Source: an uncultured archaeon
GTDB taxonomy: Archaea; Asgardarchaeota; Thorarchaeia; Thorarchaeales; CAZPUN01
Length of the DNA: 32,000 bases
Direction of reading: 5' to 3'
NCBI GenBank assembly: GCA_964589775.1
Contig: CAZPUN010000023.1
Span: 120,001 to 152,000, forward strand
In this document: in pieces, positions 18,196-27,515 of the stretch
Layout of the letters: each line of letters opens with the position of its first letter
Position numbering within the stretch: the first letter of the stretch is position 1
Notes under the pieces: model-generated
What the model was told of the DNA's origin: nothing
The model's database searches: none
The model's input: the letters and a program-made list of their open reading frames with translations, nothing else
Position numbers and translations under genes: made by a program

Positions 18196-19449
18196 TTACT
18201 CTCCCCCTAATATTTCGTTTAATGCGTCTGTAATTAGTTCGACCAAAAAGTCTTCATTATATTCTTCAGGAATTGTAAGCTCTGATATGAATTCTCGGAC
18301 TTCCTCTTCTGGGTCCTCAATTAAATAATCTGTATCTTCTGTTGGATTTATTATATCGCCCATATCTTCTTTATATACCTCGTAGTCCCATGTAAATTGT
18401 ACAATATTATATTCGTCTGATTTCAAAATATCTGTTACATAATAACTCAAACGTGATTCTATTTCCCAAGATTTTGTAAGGCTTGTTTTTCCTTCAATTT
18501 TAATTTTCAGGCGTGCTGCAGTTTGAGGGTCAAAGGGTGCTTTCAGTCCAAGTTGTTCTAATATCTTCTCGATTCGGTTCAATATATTTTCTGCAATATC
18601 TTTATTCGTTATTTCAATCTCTTTGACATACATTGGTCTTTGAGTCGGAATTATTATCTTTTCCACAATTGGTTTCTTGCCCTTTTCTGCATTTACTAAT
18701 AGTATTCCTTTTTCATGTTTATATTCATCAAATCGCCATTTTTCTATTGAACCTGCGTAATATCCATTTGCTGTATACTGGTGCATGTGATGGTCATGTC
18801 CCAATGCTAAATAATCATAATTATGTTGCTTAATCTCAGGTGGTAGTGTTTCATCTAATTCCATTCCATGCGCAACAGCAATCGATGTTTTAGTTCCCGG
18901 TTTTTGCTGCGTTAATATCCATTGTTTATATATTTCACGTAGTTGTGGATTTTGTAGAGTGTCTCGCGATACATATGGAAATGCAAAAACTTCGAAATCA
19001 TCAAATTCGAATTTTAGTGGTTTCCGTTTATTTAATGCATCTTTAAGATCCACATAAGTTGCTATGTATATTTCTGGGAATGCATACTTAAATGATGAAA
19101 GTAATGATGCATCAATTCCCTTGTATAATCCATGATTGCCTTCAATAATTATTAGGGGCTTGCCTACTTTTTTGAAGTATTTTTCAAAAGTATCAAATGC
19201 GATTTCCCTTGCAACTTCACTAACCGGATACGGATTACGTTCCCATGGTGCATCGAATAAGTCTCCAGAATGAACTACAACATCATATTTATCTTTCATC
19301 TCAATTATTTTGTCAAATACTCTCTGGAATTGCTTATAGAAATCATCCTCAACCCATCGTGATCGTAATGTAACTGCCCAGCCATCTCTGACGCCATTCC
19401 GCTCTTTATGCCCTAAATGTGTATCTGATAAGTGAATTAATCTAACCAT
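18196..19449 (-). CDS. mre11: Mre11/SbcD metallophosphoesterase nuclease
   Basis: HLSDTHLG, SGDLFD, EGNH, AHG, YLALGHDH, YAGSIE...FDE. Confidence 0.92.
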   Translation of the reverse strand: MVRLIHLSDTHLGHKERNGVRDGWAVTLRSRWVEDDFYKQFQRVFDKIIEMKDKYDVVVHSGDLFDAPWERNPYPVSEVAREIAFDTFEKYFKKVGKPLIIIEGNHGLYKGIDASLLSSFKYAFPEIYIATYVDLKDALNKRKPLKFEFDDFEVFAFPYVSRDTLQNPQLREIYKQWILTQQKPGTKTSIAVAHGMELDETLPPEIKQHNYDYLALGHDHHMHQYTANGYYAGSIEKWRFDEYKHEKGILLVNAEKGKKPIVEKIIIPTQRPMYVKEIEITNKDIAENILNRIEKILEQLGLKAPFDPQTAARLKIKIEGKTSLTKSWEIESRLSYYVTDILKSDEYNIVQFTWDYEVYKEDMGDIINPTEDTDYLIEDPEEEVREFISELTIPEEYNEDFLVELITDALNEILGGE

Positions 19450-19461
19450 AAAACTTCCCCA

Positions 19462-21303
19462 TTAAAATTGAACATCTGGTTCATTATTATCTGTTAGTTC
19501 AAAATTATTTAACTCTTGTTGTATCATTTCAAATCTGTCTGGGAATCTAGGAACATTAAATGGTAATGGTGTACTGCGATAAGATGCTGTAAGTATTCCA
19601 TGCCCAACTTCAAGGGTATTATATTCTTCAGTAAATCCCGATAATGGTGCGCTTGCACTTTCTATTGCCGCACGTGCTTCTCTTTCATTGCCTAATCTTA
19701 AAAAGAACTGTGTATTTATTTGTGATAATATATCTGCATCTATTGTGCTCACCTGCTGGCTAATCACAACTAAACCTATACCAAACTTACGGCCTTGTCT
19801 AGAAATGTCTTTGAATAATGAACTTTGCCCTAATATTTCAGAATTCAAAATTTGTGGGGCTTCTTCAATTGTAATCAAGATAATCGGTAATGTTCGAATT
19901 TCTCTTAAAGTGTTATTTGATTCCCGATATATCTTCAGTGCTTTAGGTCTAAAATTATCCCAAAACTTTGCAGTCAGTCCCATTTTCGCTTTGTTTGTAA
20001 ATGAGTCTATGGAATCTGAACTTGCTAATGCTTGCCTTAAATTAAAAAGAATTCTTGCGACAATGGTTGTTACTAAGAATTGTTCATGTACTGACAAAAG
20101 TGATGTATTTATATCAATGATTCTTCCACTTTCTAATGCTTCAATGATTTGTGGTAATATCGATTCTTGAACTGGAATGTCCTTGAATATTCGTGACCTG
20201 CGCAGGAAATATAATCTTCTCTGTACTGCATTATGAGTTTGTTTTGTCTCGCCCTCTATAGGGTCATTATTGTTTAGAATCTCATTAATCCAATTATCTC
20301 CGAAAATTCCATATGCTCGATTCATATACGCTATTTGTAATGGATTTAATGAAAGGATAGATATGATATCCTTTGGCAGGATCTCTGTCCATGCTATTTG
20401 TAATTTACGACCATAATTTTTTAATTCATGTGGCATTCTTTCAGTTGAAGCTGTGAGATAGAAAAAGTCTCCAATTACATTATTTCGATCATTTGAGCTC
20501 ATTTCGTTTACAATATGTGCAATTCCTCTTCGATCTTCATCAGTTCCGGATCCCAATGCATATTCATCATGTGGATCAATTATCAAACTTCCAATTCTCG
20601 GAATATTAATCGTAGATGATTTAAGCGATCTAAAGTTCGACAGAATCATAGATGAAATTAGAACTTGCATCAAATTGCTTTTTCCAGCACCAGTTGTTCC
20701 AAATATTCCCATATGTGTTGCTAGATTTCGGACTGGTAAATTCATTTCTACATTTAGAACCGATTCTCCGGAAACTAGGTTTCCAAAATAAAGTTCGCCT
20801 GCAATCTGGGTCCCTAACAAATCACGAATAAAATCATCACTTATGCCCGCTTGCGGTACATATACTCGTGCGAGATGGTTTGGTATTCTACGTGGGCGTT
20901 TGAATTCCCATTTTCTTTTATTTATGTTGTATTCAGAGTATCCAATGAAGCTTCCCCTTATATCTAAAATCAAATATTGATTTGCATCTACAAAATAAGT
21001 ATCGTTCCTTCTAAGAAGATCTGTAGCAATATCTTCAAGATTTTTTATGTATGTGATACTAGGTGAAATTGAAATTGCTCTGAAGAAAAACACTCGCTCT
21101 ATGCCAATATCTTCATCCTTTGATGTTCTAATATAACTTGGAATAATAAATATTTCACCAATACTTGAATCATATAAATTCCCGATTACTTGCATCATAG
21201 ATTGGTCTCCGGATGCAAGCCTTCCGAAATAGTATCCTAATTCATCTTGGTGAAGTCTTAATTCGGGACCTAAATCTTGTTGGATATACGTGTTGTCTGA
21301 CAT
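19462..21303 (-). CDS. herA: HerA helicase/translocase (FtsK-HerA superfamily)
   Basis: HMGIFGTTGAGKSN, IIDPHDEY, ITIEEAP (Walker B), RQGRKFGIGLVVISQ, ILSQINT. Probable N-terminal HAS barrel. Confidence 0.92.
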   Translation of the reverse strand: MSDNTYIQQDLGPELRLHQDELGYYFGRLASGDQSMMQVIGNLYDSSIGEIFIIPSYIRTSKDEDIGIERVFFFRAISISPSITYIKNLEDIATDLLRRNDTYFVDANQYLILDIRGSFIGYSEYNINKRKWEFKRPRRIPNHLARVYVPQAGISDDFIRDLLGTQIAGELYFGNLVSGESVLNVEMNLPVRNLATHMGIFGTTGAGKSNLMQVLISSMILSNFRSLKSSTINIPRIGSLIIDPHDEYALGSGTDEDRRGIAHIVNEMSSNDRNNVIGDFFYLTASTERMPHELKNYGRKLQIAWTEILPKDIISILSLNPLQIAYMNRAYGIFGDNWINEILNNNDPIEGETKQTHNAVQRRLYFLRRSRIFKDIPVQESILPQIIEALESGRIIDINTSLLSVHEQFLVTTIVARILFNLRQALASSDSIDSFTNKAKMGLTAKFWDNFRPKALKIYRESNNTLREIRTLPIILITIEEAPQILNSEILGQSSLFKDISRQGRKFGIGLVVISQQVSTIDADILSQINTQFFLRLGNEREARAAIESASAPLSGFTEEYNTLEVGHGILTASYRSTPLPFNVPRFPDRFEMIQQELNNFELTDNNEPDVQF

Positions 21304-21318
21304 GATTTTTATCCTCCC

Positions 21319-22626
21319 TCATCTAATATGTATGAGCTCTCGTTGATTTAAAAACAGATTTGAGTTAAATCCGAGTCCGGTTGCAATTTCAATTAGCATA
21401 TTATATAATATGCGTTCAGTATCTCGTGATATCTTACAATTATTGTGAGCAACTGCAAGTGGAGCTGGATATCCTACCCAATATATACCTCGCGACATGA
21501 AATCTAAATCTTGGAATATTTGATGTTCATTCTCATGCAATGTGTTAATATCTTCATCATAAATATTTTCTCGCCACCATAACGCATCGAAATCAACTCG
21601 TAATGTTGGCTTGTTTGGATCAAGCTGGACTAAATACGGAACTGTTAATGGTGGTGGGATATATCTGCGATTTTCTAAAATTCTAAGGCCTTGCTCGCTT
21701 GGTATTCCTCCCGGCAGTCGAATATACCATCTGGAATTATTGCCAAAAATCTCATTTGCAATTGCTATAGCTTCATTTGTAAACGGAATTGTATGTGTTT
21801 TTGAGACCGCCATAACTATTACATTGTGGTCTCTCGCTGTTTTTAGTATATCTCTTAATAAATATCCAATTATGTCCGTGGGTAGCATAGTTGTTGGATC
21901 ATATTTAAAGCTTAATGAACCATCTAGTAGCATATATCGTAAATTGCTACCTTCAACTATTGCTCTCTTTGCGATTCCTAATTCTCCAATTCGCATTGAA
22001 GTTGAAAATAGATTTGCGGCTGAAATTGTAATTCCTTCAATTAGCATATCTTCATTAAATAACGGTTTATTCTCTATATTATAGTGTTTTTTCATTTCTT
22101 CATAATATGTATTGATAATTTTTTGAAAATCTGCAGCTGTTGGTTCTTCAATTCGGTTGTTTGTATCATCATATACAGGATAATATTCAATTAATTGTTC
22201 ATGAATATATCTAATAGGTTCTCCATCATCTTGGCTAATCCATTTTGTTTCTAGATGGCCTTTACTAAAAAAGTTAGGATTTTCTTCTTTTGATACATTA
22301 TGGAACAAGTTTCGTTCATTTGTTCCCGTATTATGTACCGCTAAATAATAACTTTCAACAATTATATCAATATCTTCAATTGTGACCAGTGGGTATACAC
22401 CAGAGCCATCTACAGCTGCAATATTAAAATCATCTGGTTTTCCGAGTTCATTTGTGTATTTATGAGAAATCTTTAGTGGTTCGATTTTTTGGATTAATTC
22501 ATTCATAATGCGTTCGCGGTCTAGTTCAAATCTTTTCTTGTTTTGCTCTCGTGTCCGCCTAATATCCAATAATGTTGCAGTAATTTGTCGTCTGAACTCA
22601 TTTTGAAAAATTCTTATTAGTGACAT
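21319..22626 (-). CDS. nurA: NurA 5'-3' nuclease
   Basis: IAAVDGS, GE, LLDGSL, AVSK, GYPAPLAVAHN. Located next to herA. Confidence 0.9.
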   Translation of the reverse strand: MSLIRIFQNEFRRQITATLLDIRRTREQNKKRFELDRERIMNELIQKIEPLKISHKYTNELGKPDDFNIAAVDGSGVYPLVTIEDIDIIVESYYLAVHNTGTNERNLFHNVSKEENPNFFSKGHLETKWISQDDGEPIRYIHEQLIEYYPVYDDTNNRIEEPTAADFQKIINTYYEEMKKHYNIENKPLFNEDMLIEGITISAANLFSTSMRIGELGIAKRAIVEGSNLRYMLLDGSLSFKYDPTTMLPTDIIGYLLRDILKTARDHNVIVMAVSKTHTIPFTNEAIAIANEIFGNNSRWYIRLPGGIPSEQGLRILENRRYIPPPLTVPYLVQLDPNKPTLRVDFDALWWRENIYDEDINTLHENEHQIFQDLDFMSRGIYWVGYPAPLAVAHNNCKISRDTERILYNMLIEIATGLGFNSNLFLNQRELIHIR

Positions 22627-22809
22627 TACCCACTCAGCTCCAATGTAATAATTAAAGCAGAGAAGAGTTTAAAAGAATAACAGATATCCGAAAGTATTTT
22701 AAAAAAACGTAATACTTGATGAAATATCAAGAGCTTTTATATACGAGTAAAACAAATAGTTATAGTGGAGTAAATCTTTTTGTAATTTAAGAATAAAAGG
22801 GTGATAAAA

Positions 22810-23505
22810 TTGATAATAACATATTATGGACATACGGCATTCAAAATAGAATCATTAGGTCATACAATATTAATTGACCCGGGTGTAGTTCAAGGAAATC
22901 CATTAATCTCAAGCGATGAACATGCGGATCTCATACTCATTACAGTAGATCAGGAAGAAAGCCTAGGTAATGCTGTTGAAATCTCCACAAAATCTAAAGC
23001 ATGGATCCTAGGTAATGATAAAGTTATTGAAAAGCTTAAACTTAAGGGTGCGAAGCCATGGTTGCTACACGAAATCAAGCCTGAAGAAATATATGAATTA
23101 CCTTGGGTAACAGTGCATGCATATGGTCTTGAGCGTGGTCCATTAAATAGTGGCTCAGAGAAAAGTATCTTGGGTTACTTTATCGATTTTGATGAAATGA
23201 AAATTGCACATATGGGCGAGTCCATTACCCGTGGCTATTTCGAAGACTTGAACATGAATATTCTAATGATACCGATTGGTGGTGTTGAGTCTTTTGATGT
23301 TAAGAGTGCAGTCAGCTTGACAGTAGATTCCAAACCAAATCTTGTAATTCCTATGCGATGGACCGAAGCTATACATAGAACCAAGTTCCGTAAATATATC
23401 AATCAATTTGCTCCGGATATTGGGGTTGCTGATATTGAACCCGGTGAATCTATTGAAGTTCTCTGGGCTGCAGGTAATGAATTCCGTTGGTTAAAGAATG
23501 AATGA
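22810..23505 (+). CDS. MBL-fold protein (UlaG/UPF0173-like) with degenerate metal ligands
   Basis: ITYYGHTAFKIE..ILIDP, ADLILIT, IPIGG, P.LVIPM. HxHxDH is replaced by VDQEES. TTG 22810 follows GGGTGA (the track start is 22801). Confidence 0.82.
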   Translation: MIITYYGHTAFKIESLGHTILIDPGVVQGNPLISSDEHADLILITVDQEESLGNAVEISTKSKAWILGNDKVIEKLKLKGAKPWLLHEIKPEEIYELPWVTVHAYGLERGPLNSGSEKSILGYFIDFDEMKIAHMGESITRGYFEDLNMNILMIPIGGVESFDVKSAVSLTVDSKPNLVIPMRWTEAIHRTKFRKYINQFAPDIGVADIEPGESIEVLWAAGNEFRWLKNE

Positions 23506-23622
23506 AACTTTTTTATAATTCATTTATAATATATATTTACAAAACAATAAAATAACGTCGTAAAAATCCATAAATAGTTGTTTGAATATATTTATATTAC
23601 GCAATATGTAGGGGTGAGAAAA

Positions 23623-25401
23623 TTGTCCCAAGATGAAGTAAAAAAAGTGATTATTGATCTTGAAGAAACTGAAGAGACGGAAATCGGCGAACACAGCGAG
23701 CAGCTTGGTATAGCTGTTGAGGGTGTCCTGACCGTAAAGAATGTCTCTGAGCAACACAGAATCTGGAATACCAAAGTAGATGTATCTGAAGGCCGAGATT
23801 CCACAGACTTTGATGCTGACAGTCTGCATGTTGGAGAAATAAATCCACAAGATAAGTGGTCTACAAATTATGGTGTGAAATCTGAGGCACCAATACTCAA
23901 AGTAACTGAAATATTCGATGCATGTAGAACTGTAGAGTCAGAGGATCCGCATTATGCCTATGTGTATGGTTTTACAAATCCTGTAAAATTTACAATTACT
24001 CTCAAGAACGAAATCGATGTTCAGATTGATGACATTGTGCTTAAAAAAACCATTCCTCCTGAAATTACCTCTGTAAAAGTTGAAAATGCAAGTGTAGGTA
24101 ATGCGGTGTTTGATGAAGAGAATCATGTTGTAACATGGAGTGACTTCATTCTATTTCCGGGCGAAAGTGCTACTTTAGAGCTTGTTGCGGATGCTGAGAT
24201 GCCTGATGTATCTGTCAAGAATGCCGGTGAAATCGTTGTAACGTACAAGGCAGAAAATGCCCAGAAAAGCAGTCTCAATCCTGACTTGACAGCATTAACA
24301 GAAGTTCTTGTAGGTATCGATAAAGAAGAAACTGAACCAAATCACTGGGTATGTACTCTTGAATTCGAAAACACAACTGATATCCTTGTGCGTCTAGATA
24401 AGGCTGAAGTGTTCTATACTGATGAAAGTGGAAATACACAAAAGATGATTGATGAGGAACCACATTTAGAAATTCCACCAGGTGAGACATGGAGTAAATC
24501 TTTTGAACTTGATTCAAAGACACCTCCAGAATGCAGTCACAATGTCGTACATACACCGGTAAAAACCATAACTAAGCGTGTAATTGGTACTGTAAAGAAA
24601 GTTGCCCAGACTGTGCCTGTCTATCGCGTTGAGCTGAACAAAGTATTTGATCCACCTGAAGTAAATAGCTTCGATAAGACTCCAGTTGATGTCACCCTAG
24701 AAGCAATTAATGCTGGAACCGCACCGTTGAACAAGGTTGTCATTATTGACACAATTCCTGAGGATGTCATGCCACCAAAGAAAGAACATATTACCATAAT
24801 GATTGGTGACCGTGAATACGATGGTGAATTCGATTTCCTTCTGGATCCAAATGATGAAAATCCTGAGAATGCTCATACTATGACAATTACACTAAATCTA
24901 AGTGATGATTGGATTCTCCAACCGGACCAGAAAGTTGTTGTTAACTATGCAATTATGGCTTGGAAACCAAGACCTGAGAAAACTTATCCTGCGCCTCTTA
25001 CTGTAAAAGGTAATGTGCTTCCTGAGGGAATCTTTGCTGAGGTTTCTACTCCTGAAGAAGAACCCAAATTACTCATCAAGTATCGAAGACGTCGTATCAG
25101 CGCATTCAAAGCAATCAATAAGGGCAGTCAGTCCGGTCAATTTGTCATACCATTACGAATTGAAAACCGCGGTGAAGTTACTATTGAAAATGTAGTAGTC
25201 AAGGATTGGATTCCAAAAGGCTACAAGTTAGTATCAGTTGAGCCTGACGATTTGCAACCCGAGACACAAGCAGTCGAAGATGGTACACTACTTATTTGGA
25301 CCTTTGTTAAGATGTTCCCAGGCGACAAGAAAGAGATCAAATATGTTGCAGAGGGTGAAGGCGAATACGAACGCCGTGATCCTGAAGTAAGTGGAGATTA
25401 G
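23623..25401 (+). CDS. Acidic all-beta multidomain protein: mu-homology-like domain plus DUF11/Ig-like domains, no signal peptide
   Basis: Repeated [IL].N.G.....V...D.IP...W...PG units. TTG 23623 follows GGGGTGA (the track start is 23578). Confidence 0.65.
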   Translation: MSQDEVKKVIIDLEETEETEIGEHSEQLGIAVEGVLTVKNVSEQHRIWNTKVDVSEGRDSTDFDADSLHVGEINPQDKWSTNYGVKSEAPILKVTEIFDACRTVESEDPHYAYVYGFTNPVKFTITLKNEIDVQIDDIVLKKTIPPEITSVKVENASVGNAVFDEENHVVTWSDFILFPGESATLELVADAEMPDVSVKNAGEIVVTYKAENAQKSSLNPDLTALTEVLVGIDKEETEPNHWVCTLEFENTTDILVRLDKAEVFYTDESGNTQKMIDEEPHLEIPPGETWSKSFELDSKTPPECSHNVVHTPVKTITKRVIGTVKKVAQTVPVYRVELNKVFDPPEVNSFDKTPVDVTLEAINAGTAPLNKVVIIDTIPEDVMPPKKEHITIMIGDREYDGEFDFLLDPNDENPENAHTMTITLNLSDDWILQPDQKVVVNYAIMAWKPRPEKTYPAPLTVKGNVLPEGIFAEVSTPEEEPKLLIKYRRRRISAFKAINKGSQSGQFVIPLRIENRGEVTIENVVVKDWIPKGYKLVSVEPDDLQPETQAVEDGTLLIWTFVKMFPGDKKEIKYVAEGEGEYERRDPEVSGD

Positions 25402-25417
25402 AGGAAATTATTTCCTC
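25401..25417. terminator. Hairpin between convergent genes
   Basis: GAGGAAA-TTA-TTTCCTC between the stops at 25401 (+) and 25420 (-). Confidence 0.6.
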
Positions 25418-25419
25418 AA

Positions 25420-27243
25420 TTATTTTTTACTTTTTGTATCAACAAAATAATATTGTCCAGTTGCTTTTTGTTGTGTATCCATCTGGCTTCCTTCTTTGTT
25501 AATTCGTGGTCTTCCTGTTTGTGGGTCTCTTCTGAATGTTACTCCCATATCTTTCAAGAATTTGTTCATTCCTACTTTTAGTGGCAGTACTGAAGATGCA
25601 TGTCCTTCAACACCGGGAGTTCCATCGAATACTACAAGACTATCACTGATATAATCCGCCGTAATCATAGAATGTTCAACAATGAATGCCGCGGCAAATC
25701 TGCTTTGGATTACCTTTCGAATGGCGCGTGCAGCTTCTAATCTTTGTTCAACGTCCAAGAATGCAGATGGTTCGTCCAATAGATATAAATCTGCATCTCT
25801 CGCAAGACAACCTGCAATGGCTACACGCTGTAGTTCGCCTCCACTTAGCTCCGGAACTGGGCGCTCCATTAACTTATCAAGTTCTAATCTTTTTATGACG
25901 GTTGTTTGAAAATCTGCGGTGGATGCGTATTCGCCCCCTATCTTTGCAAGAAACATTCTCACTGTACCATCAAAATCTGCTTTGAGATATTGTGGTTTAT
26001 AACTAACTTTTAGCTTTTCTTCTTCTTCTTTTGAAATTGGTGAATCGCCCTTATCCGGTGCGAGCACGCCTGCAAGAATTTTTACAAATGTTGTTTTTCC
26101 AATTCCATTTGGTCCTAAAATTCCAATAATTTCACCTTTATGAACTCTGCCCGGACTGATCTTGAGCTTGAATTTTTCAAAATGCTTTTCCATTTCTCCA
26201 TATTCTAGCAATACTTCTTGTGCGGAAAAATCAGTTCCCGCACCACTTCCATGATGGAAGTAAATCTTTGTATCTCGAAATCGGATATTTTCGTCGGGCA
26301 GGAATCCATCTAAATATATGTTTATACCAACTCTTGTCCCGTGAGGATTTGATACAATACCGTATACACTTGGCTTGCCATAAAATATAGAAACATAATC
26401 TGAGACATAGTCTAATATAGATAAGTCGTGTTCGACTACAACTACGGTTTTTCCTTTTTCGGCTAGTTTTCTGATCGCTTTTCCCGTCTTTAATCTTTCA
26501 GCTACATCCAAGTATGCTGTTGGTTCATCAAATAAGTATATATCGCCTTCTCGTACGATTGCTGCAGCTATTGCTATTCTTTGCAATTCTCCTCCACTAA
26601 GATGCTTTATTTTTCGATTCCATATTTTATCTAATGTCAACATATCTTTTACTTCATCAAGTCTTCCGGAAGTATTTACTTTCTCTAATAGCTGTCCTAC
26701 GGTTGCTTCTGCTATGCTTGGCAGTTTTGGTAAATCCGTAATATTCTGAGGTTTGAAAATTGCTTTTATTTTTCCATCTCTCATCTTTTCAAAGAATGGT
26801 TGGAGCTCTGAACCTCTGTAGTATCTAATTATCTCATCCCAATCTGGTGGATCATCAAATTTACCTAGATTTGGCTTGATTTCTCCTGCTAATATTTTCA
26901 TTGCGGTTGATTTTCCTACTCCATTTGGTCCTACAAGTCCTAATACCTTCTGTGGTTTTGGAATAGGAAGTCTAAATAGCTTAAAGCTATTGGCACCATA
27001 TCTATGGGATGTATCACTATCTAATTCCTCTGGAAGATTAATTATAGTTATTGCATTAAATGGGCATTTCTTAACACAAATTCCACAACCCGTACATAAT
27101 TCTTCCACGATGACTGGTGGTTTTCCTTCGACTGGAAATACAACAGCGTCTGAACCGGTTCGGACAATTGGACAGAAACGTCGGCACTCTTGAGTACAAT
27201 CTTTTACTTTACATCTATCTTTATCTACTATTGCTAACCTCAC
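25420..27243 (-). CDS. rli: Ribosome recycling ATPase ABCE1/Rli1
   Basis: N-terminal 2x[4Fe-4S] domain (C..C...CP; CTGCGICVKKCP), two NBDs (GPNGVGKS, GPNGIGKT, LSGGELQR x2), TFRRD..GRPRINK. Confidence 0.97.
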   Translation of the reverse strand: MRLAIVDKDRCKVKDCTQECRRFCPIVRTGSDAVVFPVEGKPPVIVEELCTGCGICVKKCPFNAITIINLPEELDSDTSHRYGANSFKLFRLPIPKPQKVLGLVGPNGVGKSTAMKILAGEIKPNLGKFDDPPDWDEIIRYYRGSELQPFFEKMRDGKIKAIFKPQNITDLPKLPSIAEATVGQLLEKVNTSGRLDEVKDMLTLDKIWNRKIKHLSGGELQRIAIAAAIVREGDIYLFDEPTAYLDVAERLKTGKAIRKLAEKGKTVVVVEHDLSILDYVSDYVSIFYGKPSVYGIVSNPHGTRVGINIYLDGFLPDENIRFRDTKIYFHHGSGAGTDFSAQEVLLEYGEMEKHFEKFKLKISPGRVHKGEIIGILGPNGIGKTTFVKILAGVLAPDKGDSPISKEEEEKLKVSYKPQYLKADFDGTVRMFLAKIGGEYASTADFQTTVIKRLELDKLMERPVPELSGGELQRVAIAGCLARDADLYLLDEPSAFLDVEQRLEAARAIRKVIQSRFAAAFIVEHSMITADYISDSLVVFDGTPGVEGHASSVLPLKVGMNKFLKDMGVTFRRDPQTGRPRINKEGSQMDTQQKATGQYYFVDTKSKK

Positions 27244-27333
27244 GGGATGGCACGCTCACATAATCTCTACTTTCTCATGTTTACTCTTTTATTATATGTC
27301 TTATTGTTAGTGTTAATTTGTTATATTTAACAA

Positions 27334-27447
27334 GTTTCCTCGCCGAGATATAGCGAGTATGTTCATGAAACACCATCACAAGGCAGCCTGTACGCAGAAC
27401 TCTCGCTTTTTAATGCAGCGAGTATGTTAGGACTGATCTGTGGTCCT
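27334..27447. ncRNA. Candidate structured RNA / cis-element
   Basis: GC-richer island with two CTCGC..GCGAG hairpins, each followed by TATGTT, plus an AGGAC..GTCCT hairpin. Confidence 0.35.
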
Positions 27448-27515
27448 TAAATATGTTTATTTATAGAAAAATAATGAAACTGGGGACGTTCTCCTTTTTC
27501 TCTCGACCCGACATG

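Noticed and set aside
19462-21303. HerA as part of Sir2-HerA/Nezha-type defence
   Set aside because: No sirtuin or similar effector; its partners are NurA, Mre11 and Rad50.
27360-27400. ATGA...AA pattern reminiscent of a eukaryote-like SECIS
   Set aside because: No complementary 3' arm with the GA quartet, and no in-frame UGA selenoprotein candidate nearby.
27339-27428. 65-nt spacing of a palindromic repeat, suggestive of a mini CRISPR array
   Set aside because: Only two units, with differing loop sequences, and no cas genes in the window.
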